Source: Thecamonas trahens ATCC 50062 (lineage: Eukaryota; Protista; Apusomonadida). Taken from it: a stretch of DNA of 64,000 bases. A program made the position numbers and the translations under genes. The first letter of the stretch is position 1, and the number at the start of each line of letters is the position of its first letter. The stretch spans positions 204,244 to 268,243 of the forward strand of contig NW_013657672.1 of assembly GCF_000142905.1 (NCBI RefSeq), in the 5' to 3' direction. The notes under the pieces were generated by a model. The model saw only the letters and a list, made by a program, of their open reading frames with translations, ran no database searches and was not told where the DNA came from. Positions 32,170 to 43,489 of this stretch are shown here, piece after piece.

Positions 32170-34686
32170 ATGACAGACAACGTGACGCAGGAGAGCGGAG
32201 CGGCATTGGGCCATGCAGACGGGAGCCGGGCTGGAGAGGGAGGCGCAGCGGGCGAGGTGGGGCTGGCTAACACGGCTGGACTCGAGGGCGCCGACGAGGC
32301 TGAGGACGGGACGGTGGCGATGGAGGTTGTGGGAGGAGCGGGCAATGGGAGCACAAGTGGTGGGTCGGGCAAGGATGAAGTCCGTGAGCGCAATCTGGCG
32401 GCTGTGGATACGCTTGTGGACGCGGACGACGAGGGCGCGTGGCATGAGAACTGGGGCCAGCCGGTGCCCGGGCCGTACAACTTCAAGGAGCTCACCGAGA
32501 ACAAGTTTGTCTCGCGGAAGAAGAAGTCGCGGCCCGCGTACGATGAGGCTTTCCAGTGCGAGTGCGATAATGAGGTGCAGTGTGGGCCCGGGTGTGAGAA
32601 CTTTGACATGGCCATCGAGTGCATCGAGGGCTACTGCCACATGCGCGACCTCTGCCGCAACCAGCGGCTGCAGCGGAAGCAGACGGCAGACGTTGAAGTC
32701 TTCCAGACCAAGCTCAAAGGACTCGGTCTCCGGGCGTGCTCGAAGGTCTCGCAAGGCGATCTCATCATGGAGTACGTCGGCGACATCATCGACAAGCGCG
32801 AGTTCAACCGGAGAGTCAAGGCCTACGCTGACGAGAACATCACTCATTTCTATTTCATGTCCATCGGCAACGAGGAGATGATCGATGCTACCAAGGCCGG
32901 CAACATCTCGCGGTTTATCAACCATTCGTGTGCTCCGAATGCGCGGACCGAGATGTGGACCGTGGCCAACGAGCACCGCGTCGGCCTCTACGCCGTCAAC
33001 GACATTTACCCTGGCGAGGAAATCACCTTTGACTACCAGTTTGAACGGTACGGCGCCCAGGCACAGCAGTGCTTTTGTGGCGAGGTTGCGTGCCGCGGCA
33101 CCATTGGCGGCGAGCGCAAGGAGCTGGGTGCGTTTTTCTCGGCAAACGCTGCTTCGGCGTCCGACGACGACGACGACGACGTGGAGGCGAGCGGCGAGCG
33201 CAAGGCTTCCTCCCGAAAGTCGAGCTCCAAGGCTGAGATCAAGCGCATCATGGACGAGCGCCAGCGGCGGCTCATCTTTGACCTCTCCAACTCGGACTAC
33301 ACGCTCGAGCAGCGGCTTGCGGTCCTCTGCTCCAAGTCGGGTGGCCTGGGATCGACCAAGTACGTGAAGGACTTCAAGAAGCTGCTCCTCCAGGTTGACT
33401 CGGCGCACAACAAGGCGCTGCTGGCCAACGTCATGGCCAAGACGACGGCGAGTACGGTGCTCCGCGAGCTGGCCAAGGGCAACACCGTTTCGGCGCTTGT
33501 CCGCTGGCTGGCCTACACCGATGGCAAGGACAAGTGGGCTGAGTTCCAGCTTGCCGTCCTTACCGCCCTCCGCAAGCTCCCACTCTCGCTCGACCAGATG
33601 GCAAACAAGTCGCTCAACAGCCGACTGTCCAAGATGGTCGAGTACCCCACGGCTGACGTTGCCTCGGCCGCCCAGTCGCTTCTCGACCACTTTTCCAATG
33701 CCCAGTCGTCGCAGGTCTTTATTCCACGCAAAAAGATGCAGCCACCGCCGCTTGAGGCCGCAGCCGCTCCGACGGATCCGAACGCGCTCCTCCCAGCGCC
33801 TATGATGGTCCTCCCGGAGCCGATGGCGGTGGGCCCAGCGTCGGACGCGCCAGTGCGGAAGCCGGCTCAGGCGCGCCCGCCCAAGCGGCGGACGTCCGCT
33901 GCCGGCTCGGCTATGTTCTCATCACCGCCGCCGGAGGACAAGTCTGCTTCGTTCCGGGCCCCGCCGCCGCTGAACCCGCGGCCGCGTGACGGCGGGCGCG
34001 ACTCGGGCCGCGACTACTCGCGTGACTCGGGCCGCGACTACTCGCGCGACTCGGGCCGCGACTACTCGCGCGACTATGTCCGAGGTGGCGGTCGTGAGTA
34101 CTCGCGCGATGTGCAGGCGGCTCCGGCGTCGGCAGCCGTCCGAACTGGCTCTGCGGTCTCGATGAGCGTCGAAGGCATGGACCCGGCGACCAAGGAAACG
34201 TCCAAGCTCATCCAAGACACGGCATCGGAGCAGGCCAAGCGGCTGCTGCAGCAGTCAGAGGCCGAAGCGCGTCGCGAGACCAAGCGGCGGCGGGCCAAGG
34301 AGGCCGAAATGCGCAAGGCGAAGAAGCGGAAGCTGCTCTCCAAGTCGGGAGTGACGAGAGACATGAAGCCGTCGAGCAAGCTCGTTACGCTCCTCCGCGA
34401 CGAGACACCGCTCGACCCGCTGCAGCCGCTGTTTAAGACCCGCGTCTCGGAGCTCATCAAGGAGGCGCTCCGTCCGTTCCACAAAGCTGGGCGGTTTGCG
34501 TCCAAGGACGACTTTGCGCACCTCGCCCGTAAGTTCTCGCACCAGATCCGCGAGAAGGAGGGCGACGCCCGCCGTAACAACGGCGCGTCGTACTCGGTCG
34601 TCACCGCCAAGCTCAATCGTCGCATTGTCAAGCACATCAAGGCATACTTTGACAGACATCCGGGTGTGTACTCTCGGAACAAGTAA
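32170..34686 (+). CDS. SET2: Set2-like histone H3K36 methyltransferase (AWS-SET-postSET, TFIIS-N-like domain, C-terminal SRI-like domain)
   Basis: CRNQRLQ, KGLGLRA, MEYVGDII, GNISRFINHSCAPN, EEITFDYQF, CFCGEVACRG; C-terminal DDFAHLARKFSHQIREKE. Confidence 0.9.
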   Translation: MTDNVTQESGAALGHADGSRAGEGGAAGEVGLANTAGLEGADEAEDGTVAMEVVGGAGNGSTSGGSGKDEVRERNLAAVDTLVDADDEGAWHENWGQPVPGPYNFKELTENKFVSRKKKSRPAYDEAFQCECDNEVQCGPGCENFDMAIECIEGYCHMRDLCRNQRLQRKQTADVEVFQTKLKGLGLRACSKVSQGDLIMEYVGDIIDKREFNRRVKAYADENITHFYFMSIGNEEMIDATKAGNISRFINHSCAPNARTEMWTVANEHRVGLYAVNDIYPGEEITFDYQFERYGAQAQQCFCGEVACRGTIGGERKELGAFFSANAASASDDDDDDVEASGERKASSRKSSSKAEIKRIMDERQRRLIFDLSNSDYTLEQRLAVLCSKSGGLGSTKYVKDFKKLLLQVDSAHNKALLANVMAKTTASTVLRELAKGNTVSALVRWLAYTDGKDKWAEFQLAVLTALRKLPLSLDQMANKSLNSRLSKMVEYPTADVASAAQSLLDHFSNAQSSQVFIPRKKMQPPPLEAAAAPTDPNALLPAPMMVLPEPMAVGPASDAPVRKPAQARPPKRRTSAAGSAMFSSPPPEDKSASFRAPPPLNPRPRDGGRDSGRDYSRDSGRDYSRDSGRDYSRDYVRGGGREYSRDVQAAPASAAVRTGSAVSMSVEGMDPATKETSKLIQDTASEQAKRLLQQSEAEARRETKRRRAKEAEMRKAKKRKLLSKSGVTRDMKPSSKLVTLLRDETPLDPLQPLFKTRVSELIKEALRPFHKAGRFASKDDFAHLARKFSHQIREKEGDARRNNGASYSVVTAKLNRRIVKHIKAYFDRHPGVYSRNK
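33997..34077 (+). repeat. 24-nt coding tandem repeat (RDSGRDYS x3)
   Basis: CGCGACTCGGGCCGCGACTACTCG units inside SET2. Confidence 0.9.
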
Positions 34687-34706
34687 GTGAATGTTTGTGG
34701 TTCGCG

Positions 34707-36160
34707 TCACAGCTTGGACGCCGAACTTGGCTCGACGCCGCTCTCGAGTGCGGCGCAAAGCCGCTCTTCGTCAAGCTTGACAAGCTCGACCGCAAAGCCG
34801 CGAGTCCGGGTTAGCACGTACGTGCCCGAAGAAGCCTCGCGGGTCTTGACACGGAAGCCGTCGGGGGTAAGCGCGCCGATGTGCGTCTCGGTCGGAACGA
34901 CAAAGTCGTGCCGCAGCCCATCGCGGTCCTGGCCGTGGAACCGGATCGAGCCGCCCGAGCTGACAGCAATCGCGGTGATGGCCGAGCCGCGGTTGTCAGG
35001 CGCAGACATGTCCGAGTACGAAGTGTCGGCAATGACAAAGGTGATGCGTGCATCGCCGCCAGCAGGCACAACCATGACTGTCGGCGACTGGCCGTGCGGG
35101 GTGTGCCCGGTGATGACCCTCGTCACGCCCGACGCCGCCAAATACGCCAGAACGCGCGCCGATGGCGGCTTGGCCGCGCCGTTGTCGAGGAATGAGGCGT
35201 ACATGACACCGCGCCCGCCCACCCACCGGGAACGCCATAGTCCATCAGCGAGTTGCCGCCGCGCCGAGTGCACGCCGGCGGATCCTCCCACTGCGGCGAT
35301 GCATCCCACTGCGCCATTTGCTCGTTGTACCACGCGTTGAGGGCAGCCACCCACTCGGCAACGCCCAGCTCGGGTGGCGGCGCAGTGGCAAGCGTGTCGA
35401 TGCCAGGCGCAGGCGACGGAAGGACTTGCGCGCCGTCAAGCGGCGGCACGTACCCGATGTTGGCGTCGTTGACCGCACCGTGGACAAAGAGCGTGCCATC
35501 CACCAGGGCGGCAATTTGGCCTTGAAGCAGGTACTTGTGCAACACACCGCCCTTGGCCGCCGCGCCCACATACGAGGCGTAAACTTGCGCGTCGGTGATA
35601 GACTCGGTCGATGCGGCGCCGGCCAGGATAGCAAGCTCCTCGCGGCGGCGATCAAAGGCACCCTCGGAGCCCATGGTGCAGTCGAGCATCCAGCGGAGCC
35701 GGGCCGACGGTGTGTCCTGGAAGCCCTTCTCGACCAGATAGTCCGGATACAGTTTGCGCTTGGCCTCCTCCACCCAGTAGAGAGTGAACATGTCGTCAGC
35801 CGGCGTGGGGTGGGCAAGCTCGGCCGAGAATCGCAGCTTGTTAACGTCGCGGTTGCCGACGAGGAGAAAGACCCGCTCCGGAAAGGCCTCCTTGAAGGCC
35901 AGCAGGCAAGCAATGACCCTCAGATCGCCGTTGCCCTTGTCGCACACATCGCCACCGTATACAAACACTGCGCCGTCTGCCTCAGCCTCTGGCGTAAAGA
36001 CCAGGTTAGGGAGCGGGCCCGCAGCAGAGCCGAGCCGGGCCGGGTGGTCGGGCGCAGCGGTGGCGAAGCAGACCACCGTCGACTCTTCCACATATCGGCA
36101 AAAGTACTCGGCGTTGCCTTCCACATCGGTCACATACCCTATGGGTCGACCGCTGTCCAT
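34707..36160 (-). CDS. Calcineurin-like metallophosphoesterase with variant motifs; -1 frameshift at ~35215
   Basis: GYVTDVEGN, YGGDVCDKG, LLVGNRD, LFVHG, and after the shift VITGHTPHG and IADTSYS. Confidence 0.82.
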
Positions 36161-36405
36161 AGTTACAGAATGGGGTGGAGGAGTGGGGAGGGGGAGGAGG
36201 GGGGCGTTGGAAGGGTATCCAATGGAAGACAGGCTGTCGGCCCGACTCACCCGATGATGCTCTCCTTGGCGTGGAGATGGAGGCATGGTCTGAGTCTGCT
36301 TCACACCTCACCAGAGCCACGAGTGCTGGACGGGAGGGGATGTGCGTGGACTCTGGCGAGGGGCGTCGTCGTCTGTGTAGGCTGGCGTGCCGTCTGGAGC
36401 TGTGG

Positions 36406-37095
36406 ATGGTGGCGGGCTCGGTGGTGGTGGTGGCTCTGCTGGCCGGCGTGGCTTTCTTTGACGATGCGCGCTGGTTGGTCGCCACCCAGATGGCGGCGCC
36501 GACGTGGGGCATCGGGAGTGTGGTGGCGGTCATCTACGACGCAAGTGCCGCTCACATGGCAGTGCTGGATCAGGTTCGATGCGAGCCGTGCTCGCGAGTC
36601 CTCGAGATCGGGCCGGGCACAGGCCGTGTGCTCCCGTATCTGGTGGCGAGGGCCGGTGGGCCCGGCTTCGCTCACGTGGCCGCCATCGAGCGTGCGCCAG
36701 CCATGTGTCGCGCACTTGGTGCATTGTACGGGTCTTGGATCGACGCAGGCACACTCTCTGTTGCCTGCAGGGACGTCCAGCTCACGCCAGTCCCGTTTGA
36801 AGCCCAAGCCGCCTTTGATCTGGTCACTTGGCATGGCCTTCTCGAGCACCTAGAAGATCCGATCGAAGTCCTGGAGAACATACATGCTCTCCTTGCGCCA
36901 CACGCCCGCATTGTGTCATGTGGTGCTTCCGACGCTGCCCGCAGTACCGCCGTGTGGTGGGCCAAGTACCTGGCCCAGCCCCACATGGACGAAGCCGAGC
37001 ACGTGGCGTGGTTTGAAGACGCTAGCTACGTGGTCGATGGCGTGCTGCGATCACCAGATGGCCTTGTCACTTGTGTTGTAGCCATGCCAGCATAG
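36406..37095 (+). CDS. Class I SAM-dependent methyltransferase with hydrophobic N-terminus (start uncertain)
   Basis: VLEIGPGTG motif I, AAIE, FDLVTWHGLLEHL, LLAPHARI. Confidence 0.85.
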   Translation: MVAGSVVVVALLAGVAFFDDARWLVATQMAAPTWGIGSVVAVIYDASAAHMAVLDQVRCEPCSRVLEIGPGTGRVLPYLVARAGGPGFAHVAAIERAPAMCRALGALYGSWIDAGTLSVACRDVQLTPVPFEAQAAFDLVTWHGLLEHLEDPIEVLENIHALLAPHARIVSCGASDAARSTAVWWAKYLAQPHMDEAEHVAWFEDASYVVDGVLRSPDGLVTCVVAMPA

Positions 37096-37179
37096 ATGCG
37101 GTCGGCGTGCTGTGGACAGAGTGACCAGCGGCTTGGGTGGGAGTCGGCTGCGCACCGCTCACACTGCCACACTTGACCC

Positions 37180-40079
37180 ATGAGCACCAAGGCCCGAGCC
37201 CAAGTGGCAGCCCAGCTGGCGGCTGCGTTGGACGCACCTGTGCTTCGGGAGGTCGGACAGAGCGTGTACGTTGGTGGGACTTGCGCCCCCATGGCTGGAC
37301 AGGCGGTCGTCGGGAGCCGCCCATGGCGGGATCGTGAAGAATGGAAGGCCGAGGCGAGAGCAGGGAGAAGGGTGGGCAGGCGGTAGCTGCACTCACATGG
37401 CTATGGAGGTGTAGATATGTGGTACATGCGCGCTGGCTGCGGAGTGTGGGAAGGTACTATGGACTGCAAGATCATCCATTCTTTGCGCCGGTGATGCTGG
37501 GTGCTCCCGCGGATGAGGCTGTTGACGACGGCGTACCCGGGGTGGCCGAGACGGTGCCCGTGATCGATGAGGTGACAACGGCAATGACTGCCGGATCTGG
37601 GTTTGTAGCCATGCGCAAGGACGTTCGCGAAAAGGTCGACTTTGAGGTTATTCCTGAGGCGGCATGGCGAATGCTGCAAGAGGCGCACGGAGACGGGAGC
37701 GGTCCAGAGCTGTGCCGCAAGGTGGTGGCGCGCGGCAGCGGCAACCTCGGCGTCGAGCTCCACCCGCTTGTCCTGCATCTCATCAGTTACACAAGCCGGA
37801 ACGGATTTGGTCCGCGGACTCTGGTGGTCCGGCCACGGGAGTGTGCAATGGCGGATCTTGTGGGCGACGTGCGGGCAGTGTTCGGATGGAGCAGCGAGAC
37901 GCCGCTAGCAATGTGGCGGTCGGACGAGGCAGCGCCGACGTCCGAGACTGCGATGCAGAGAGCCGAGTACACACGGGTGGCGCTGAAGGCTGCGACGCTC
38001 GACGATGCAGAGCTTCTCGATGGCGCATTGGTGGTTGTGGTCTCCGGCCCACTGGCTGAGAGCGGACAGCCCCCGTGGCGGGCGGCGGGCACAGGAGCGA
38101 CGGTGGAGGGCCGAGCCGGACTTGCGGGACTCCGCAACTTGGGCAACACGTGCTTTATGAACGCGACGCTCCAGGCACTGTCGAACACGCCGCAGCTTGT
38201 GGCGTACTTTGCAAGCGGGGCGTTCGTTCGCGATGTGAACGTGGAGAACAAGCTAGGGACCGGCGGAGCGCTTGCAGCGGCTTGGGCAGATCTGGTGCGC
38301 GAGCTGTGGCTGGGACCCAAAGCTTCTGTGGCACCGAGCAAGTTCAAACGGGTGCTGGGGCAACTGGCGCCGCAGTTCTCGGACTTTAAGCAGCAGGACG
38401 CCCACGAACTGTTCTCATTTGTGCTCGATGGTCTCCACGAGGACGTCAACCTGGTGACTGACAAGCCGGTGACCGAGAAGCTCGAGCTAGAAGATGGGCA
38501 GGACGAGGCATGGCTGGCGGGTGAGTCGTGGGCGACGCATCTGCAGCGAAACAAGTCGGCGGTTGTTGACCTCTTCCATTTTCAGCTCAAGTCGACGGTG
38601 GTGTGCCCTCAGTGCGAGCGGGTGTCTGTGACGTTTGATCCGGCATGCGCGCTCTCTGTCCCGCTGCCGAGCTCGGGTAAGGCACGGATTGGACTGACCA
38701 TGGTGTTTGCCAGTGCTACAAGTCCGCCGCTGAAGGCGTGCCTCGAGCTGGACGCCGAGTGCAACGTCGGGCACCTGAGGCACCAGTTGGCTTGCCTCAC
38801 TGGAGTTCCCTCGGGCCAGATTGTGATTGGAGCAGTGGATGACAGCCGACTTGGCAGCACGTTTGGAAACAAGAAGGCGCTATCCAAGGTGCCGCGTGCT
38901 GGCGGTGACGGGCCGTCGGTTGTGGCGTGGGAGCTTGCGCCGGGCTCGTCGCGCGCGCTGTATGTGCTGTTCCGCCGGCGGGATACCCGCGTTTGCGGCG
39001 GGTGCTCCGCGCCAGCGACTCGGCTGCGGTGCAAGCAGTGCAAGGTGCAGTACTACTGCTCGCGCGAGCACCAGGTTGCCGACTGGAAGTACCACAAGAA
39101 GCGGTGCGGCGTGGCGAGTACGCCGCCGCGGGCACGCATGGTGATCTTTGGCACACCACTGGTGATTGGCCACGATCTGGCAGCGCCGCAGCTGACCGGT
39201 CGGGCGCTGTATGCCACCATTGAGGCAGCCATTGCCGGGCGCGTGAGTAAGGCCTGGGCCAATGGGCCGTCCTCGCCGCCGCCGTATTTGCTACGGCTCT
39301 GCGATGCTGATGGCATCTCGTGTGCTGTCTGTGAGCCGGAAGCGCGCTGCCGCGGCTGCGCTGTGGCGTGGGACGCAGACGAGCCTGTGGCTGTGCCCAA
39401 GCGGGCGAGGGTGGTGGTGGACTTTGGCGGCGACGACGGCGGCAGCAGCGTGTTGCTGGGCGCGGCAGCGCCTGCTGTTGAGATCGACGAGTCTGCGGCG
39501 CGCGGGACGGGCATCACGCTCGGTGAGTGCGTGGCGCAGTTTGAGGCGTCGGAAGTGCTCGATGAGCACAACGAGTGGTACTGCAGCGTGTGCGCTCAGC
39601 ACCAACAGGCGACACTGCAGATGAAGATGTGGTCGGCGCCGCGGGTTCTCGTTGTGCATCTCAAGAGGTTCCGCCGGCGCGGCTGGACCGGGTTCTTTGG
39701 CACCAAGGTGACCGATGCAGTCGACTTTGACGAGACGCTTGATCTCCGCCCGTTTGTGGCCGGCGATGTCGATCCTGGCACGGGTGAGCCGTTTCCAGCC
39801 AGCATGCCGTACGTGCTGTACGCGGTGGTCAACCACATGGGCAACATGTACTCGGGCCACTACACGGCGTATGCGCGATCGCCGCGGGCGAACCTGAGCC
39901 AGGTGCTCGCCGAGCGCGACGCCGACGCGACGGCGGCGCGCATCGGCGAGGTGGCGAGCGACCCGTGCCATGAGCAGTGGTGGCTCTACAATGACTCGAC
40001 GGTGAGCAGGGTCTCTGCGGCGCGGGTGCTCAGCGACCGGAGCCACGCGTACATGTTGTTTTATATGCGGGCGTGGTGA
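37180..40079 (+). CDS. Ubiquitin-specific protease (DUSP-UBL-USP) with a MYND finger inside the catalytic insert (exons 37180-37265 and 37415-40079)
   Basis: DUSP: V|YVVHARW...DFEVIPEAAWRMLQEAHG. Cys box GLRNLGNTCFMNATLQAL; QQDAHE; His box NHMGNMYSGHYTAY; WWLYNDSTV. MYND: CGGC..RCKQCKVQYYCSREHQVADWKYHKKRC. Confidence 0.93.
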
Positions 40080-40128
40080 GTCTAGAGTTACGATCAGGCC
40101 ATGCGGTACATGCTATGTTTCGCCGCAA

Positions 40129-40758
40129 TCAAGCCATGCGGGCAATGGGTGCGTCGGCAACGTTGGCTACAACGCCCTGGACGTGGGCCACGAGCTCTTT
40201 GGTAATGGTCTCGGACTCGCGGGCGGCGTCGCAGCGAAACCATGTCTCGGGATCGGCAGCGGCCATGTCCTCGAAAATGCCACGGACAATCCGCTGGAAC
40301 TCCTCCTTCTCATAGCGCTCGCCGCCGTAGCCACCGCGCTTGGCAGCATCCTCGATGGAGAGGTCCATGTAGATGATAGAGTCCGGCTTTGGCAGGCCGA
40401 TCTCTGGCGCAGCGCACCACTCGAGGGAGTAGCCCTTGGCGGCGGTAAAGGCCATGCCCGAGTACGAGTAGCGGTCGACAATGAGGGTGGTACCGGCGGC
40501 AAGAGCCGCCTCGATGGCCGACGCAGCTTCCCAGCGGTTGGCAGCAAACAGAAGGTGCACCGCATGGTCGTCCAGCTCGGCAGCCTGCCGGAGGTAGGCG
40601 TCGAGCATGGAGCCGATGGCTGTCTCCCGCGCCGGGAACCGCATCTCGTCCACGGCCACGCCTGCCGCCCGCAACGCCGCCGTCACTGCCTTTGCCTGTG
40701 TCGACTTGCCACACCGGTCGATGCCCTCGAACAGGATGAAAGCGCCCCGAGCAGCCAT
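40129..40758 (-). CDS. DTYMK: Thymidylate (dTMP) kinase
   Basis: RGAFILFEGIDRCGKSTQ P-loop, HLLFAANRWE, IVDRYSYSG, GLPKPD, GERYE. Confidence 0.96.
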   Translation of the reverse strand: MAARGAFILFEGIDRCGKSTQAKAVTAALRAAGVAVDEMRFPARETAIGSMLDAYLRQAAELDDHAVHLLFAANRWEAASAIEAALAAGTTLIVDRYSYSGMAFTAAKGYSLEWCAAPEIGLPKPDSIIYMDLSIEDAAKRGGYGGERYEKEEFQRIVRGIFEDMAAADPETWFRCDAARESETITKELVAHVQGVVANVADAPIARMA

Positions 40759-40802
40759 TGTAGATTTGTAAAGGGAGGAGTGAGAGAGGGGTCGACCGGG
40801 GC

Positions 40803-40902
40803 NNNNNNNNNNNNNNNNNNNNNNNNNNNNNNNNNNNNNNNNNNNNNNNNNNNNNNNNNNNNNNNNNNNNNNNNNNNNNNNNNNNNNNNNNNNNNNNNNN
40901 NN
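40803..40902. other. Assembly gap (100 N)
   Basis: Run of N. Confidence 1.
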
Positions 40903-41181
40903 CTTCTCGGTGGAGGCCATACGCTGCTCGAGAGCCTTCTTGGTCTTGTCCAGCTCTGTGATCTTGGCCTTGTAATCGTCGAGCTTGGCGTTGGCCTCGG
41001 CGACGACCTCGTCCATTGACTTGTGAAGGTACATCTTGCCCACGGTGACGTAGGTCTTGGCATCGGCCGAGAGCTCGGCCAGATCGCGCAGCGTCAGCTC
41101 GGTCCGGCGACGCTCACGCTCGTACGAGTTGAGCGATGAGACAACCTGCCCATACGACCGCTTGAGGCGCGAATATTGCTC
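40903..41181 (-). CDS. Prefoldin beta subunit (PFDN1-like), partial exon; 3' end in the gap, first exon unresolved
   Basis: Coiled coil - ELSADAKTYVTVGKMYL hairpin - coiled coil; acceptor cacacag| at 41182. Confidence 0.8.
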
Positions 41182-41400
41182 CTGTGTGTGAGGGAAGGGG
41201 GAGGGGGAGAGGGTGAGTCTGCGCCATGTCTTGGTCTGGTCTGTCTGGCCTGGTCTGGTCTGTCTGGCCTGGTCTGTCTGTCTGGCCTGTCTGTCTGGCC
41301 CTACCTGCTCAGCACGGAAACCTCCCTTCCCTTCCTCCCTTCCTCCCTCCCCCCCCCCCCCTTCCGCCCCCCTTCCACCTTGCCCACACCGTCTCCTGCC

Positions 41401-42465
41401 ATGCACCTGGCCCGCCGTAGAATCTACTCGACAGGGCCACAGCCCCGCACTCCGCCGTCGACACCACTGAGTGAGGATGACAAGGCCGCCCTTCTCCCAC
41501 CGCCGCTCGAGTCGTCAGAGGTGCTGCGGCCCGAGCCGATGGCCCCATGTCGCTCGGCTTTGGGGCCCACCTCCTCCCCCGCCGCCGAGTTGGCCTCGGC
41601 GCGGCATCCTCACCCCGGCTCGCCGCCAAAGGCCGAGGACGATAACGAGGCCGCCGAGGCCGCCGCCGGCAGCGAGCTGGACAACGCCGCAGCGCTACAA
41701 AGCAGGACCGAACTGGCGCAGGCAGAGTACGGGCCCGAGTATGTGGTCAATCTGCTGGCGATGGAGACCCGGTACGCCGAGTCCCACGCATCGGTCCGTG
41801 CAGCCCACGTCCCGCTCCGCTACAACGCTGTCGTCTGGCTGCTGCGAGTGGCTGAGGCGCAAGCACTCGGCTCGGAGACCTTCTTCCATGCGGTTGCGCT
41901 GATGGACCGCATGGAGGCTGCCATCAAGGTCCGGCCCAAGCATGTTCGCCTCGTCGCCGGCGCCGCACTCCTGATTGCCTGCAAGGTGCGCGAGCCCGAG
42001 GGTAAGACCTGTTTTGACCTCATTGCCGCCCTCGTTCCCTGCCCAACGGTCAGGCTGCGCAGAATGGAGGCGCTTGTTCTCCACCACATGGGCTGGCGCG
42101 TCAACGACGTCACTCCGCACCTGTTTGTCGAGTCACTCCTGCCGTCGCTCGCCGCGCCGCCGCCAACCCGCGAGGCGCTTCGCACTCGGGCTCACTTTTA
42201 CATCGAGCTCGCCTGCCACGACGCATCGCTTGTCACCACTTACCCGTCGGTCCTCGCTGTCGCCTCGCTCGCGCTTGCGGCCTCTGATACCTCGATCGCC
42301 GAAGGCCCGATGCCGCGGGCCGACGTGCTCGATGGTGCCTCTGCCGCTCTCTCGGCCGACCCGGCCGCCGTTGCCGCCGCTGTATCCGCCTTGCGAACCG
42401 CCCTCAAGTCCATGGCCCAGCGCGGCACGCTCATCCTTGCTCCCCATAGTGAGTCATGCCCCTGA
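41401..42465 (+). CDS. Cyclin (cyclin D-like box; start 41401 or 41539)
   Basis: RYNAVVWLLRV, ETFFHAVALMDR, LLIACKVRE, RMEALVLHHMGWRVNDVTPHLF, YPSVLAVASL. Confidence 0.88.
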   Translation: MHLARRRIYSTGPQPRTPPSTPLSEDDKAALLPPPLESSEVLRPEPMAPCRSALGPTSSPAAELASARHPHPGSPPKAEDDNEAAEAAAGSELDNAAALQSRTELAQAEYGPEYVVNLLAMETRYAESHASVRAAHVPLRYNAVVWLLRVAEAQALGSETFFHAVALMDRMEAAIKVRPKHVRLVAGAALLIACKVREPEGKTCFDLIAALVPCPTVRLRRMEALVLHHMGWRVNDVTPHLFVESLLPSLAAPPPTREALRTRAHFYIELACHDASLVTTYPSVLAVASLALAASDTSIAEGPMPRADVLDGASAALSADPAAVAAAVSALRTALKSMAQRGTLILAPHSESCP

Positions 42466-42619
42466 TAGCGGAGGAGCCCAACAGACCCCTTCCCCTTCCC
42501 CCGTCGCCGCCGCGCCGACCTTGACGGTCGGCGCAGCGAGCAAAGCAAAGCAAAAGTTGCCAAACACCAAGCCAACATGCACGATACGCAGAGCAGACGA
42601 CCACTTCTCTCGCTTCCTG

Positions 42620-43489
42620 ATGGCCGCCGCACATATCACTCTGCCCGCAGCGCTGGAGGCGCTCGAGGCCGCAGGCCTTGGGTACGATCCATCGTCACGG
42701 GCGGTGACGGGGCCGAGTGAGGCTGCGGCGAGCGAGGCCGGTGTGGCGGCGGTGCAGGCGCTGGTGGTGGCGCTACTGACGGCGGCGCCGCTGGCGCTGC
42801 GGAGGGTTCCGCTCCCTGGCGGTTCTTACGTCCTCGCCTCGCCCGACTTCTCGACGGCGACGCGGGCACTAGTTTTAATCCAGGGCTCGGGCGGCGTCCG
42901 CATGGGACAGTGGTCGCGGACTCTCTGCCGCACCGCCTCGCTCAACGAGGGCACCATGCTGCCGTACGTCGAAGCGGCGGTGGCGGCCGGCGCAGGCGTC
43001 CTTGTCTGCAACCCGAACGAGAACTTTGACGCCGACGGCCACCCACTGGTGGGATCCGAGTCGCGCGAGGCGCACGTGGCGACAGTGTGGCAGCTGGCCA
43101 CTGCGCCCGACTCGCCGCTCGCCGACGACATCGGCCTGTCCTCGGTCACCCGCGTCGACGTCATGGTCCACTCGTACGGCGGGCGATGCATCCAGGCTCT
43201 GCTCGCGCATCCGGCTCTCGCTACTGACTTTACCACTCGTGTCTCCAAGCTCGCGCTCACTGACTCGCTGTATAAGCCGACCGGCGATGGCGCGAGTTGG
43301 CTTGCTGCGCACGCCAAGCACTGGCTGGCGTCGCAGGCGCCGCTGGATACACCACTGGGCGACAAGGACTGGATGGGTGTGGCGTGCGTGTCTGCAGGCG
43401 TCACCGACCACGCGTCCACCAACGCCGCGGCCATGGCTTCGATTCTCCACTTTCTGGAGCTCAGCTCGCCGGAAGAAGACTGTGCATGA
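42620..43489 (+). CDS. FAM172A/Arb2-domain protein
   Basis: LVLIQGSGGVRMGQWSR, GTMLPYV, VLVCNPNEN, VHSYGG, LALTDS, SAGVTDH. Confidence 0.88.
   Translation: MAAAHITLPAALEALEAAGLGYDPSSRAVTGPSEAAASEAGVAAVQALVVALLTAAPLALRRVPLPGGSYVLASPDFSTATRALVLIQGSGGVRMGQWSRTLCRTASLNEGTMLPYVEAAVAAGAGVLVCNPNENFDADGHPLVGSESREAHVATVWQLATAPDSPLADDIGLSSVTRVDVMVHSYGGRCIQALLAHPALATDFTTRVSKLALTDSLYKPTGDGASWLAAHAKHWLASQAPLDTPLGDKDWMGVACVSAGVTDHASTNAAAMASILHFLELSSPEEDCA

Noticed and set aside
31564-33690. 708-aa antisense ORF over SET2, and similar long shadow ORFs (5048-6496, 25765-27012, 35318-36853, 50213-51415)
   Set aside because: These are expected by-products of high GC3 codon bias and show no domain motifs. Only the last ~85 codons of 31564-33690 overlap the real esterase N-terminus.
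14351-34077. Short tandem repeats (GEH, DS, AK, RDSGRDYS) as CRISPR-like or mobile-element repeats
   Set aside because: They are in-frame coding micro/minisatellites without unique spacers, and no cas, transposase or RT genes are present.
40129-41406. Apparent prefoldin-thymidylate kinase fusion ORF (425 aa)
   Set aside because: The ORF reads through a 100-N gap of arbitrary size. TMK has its own ATG at 40758 and a complete N-terminus, and the prefoldin stop probably lies in the gap.
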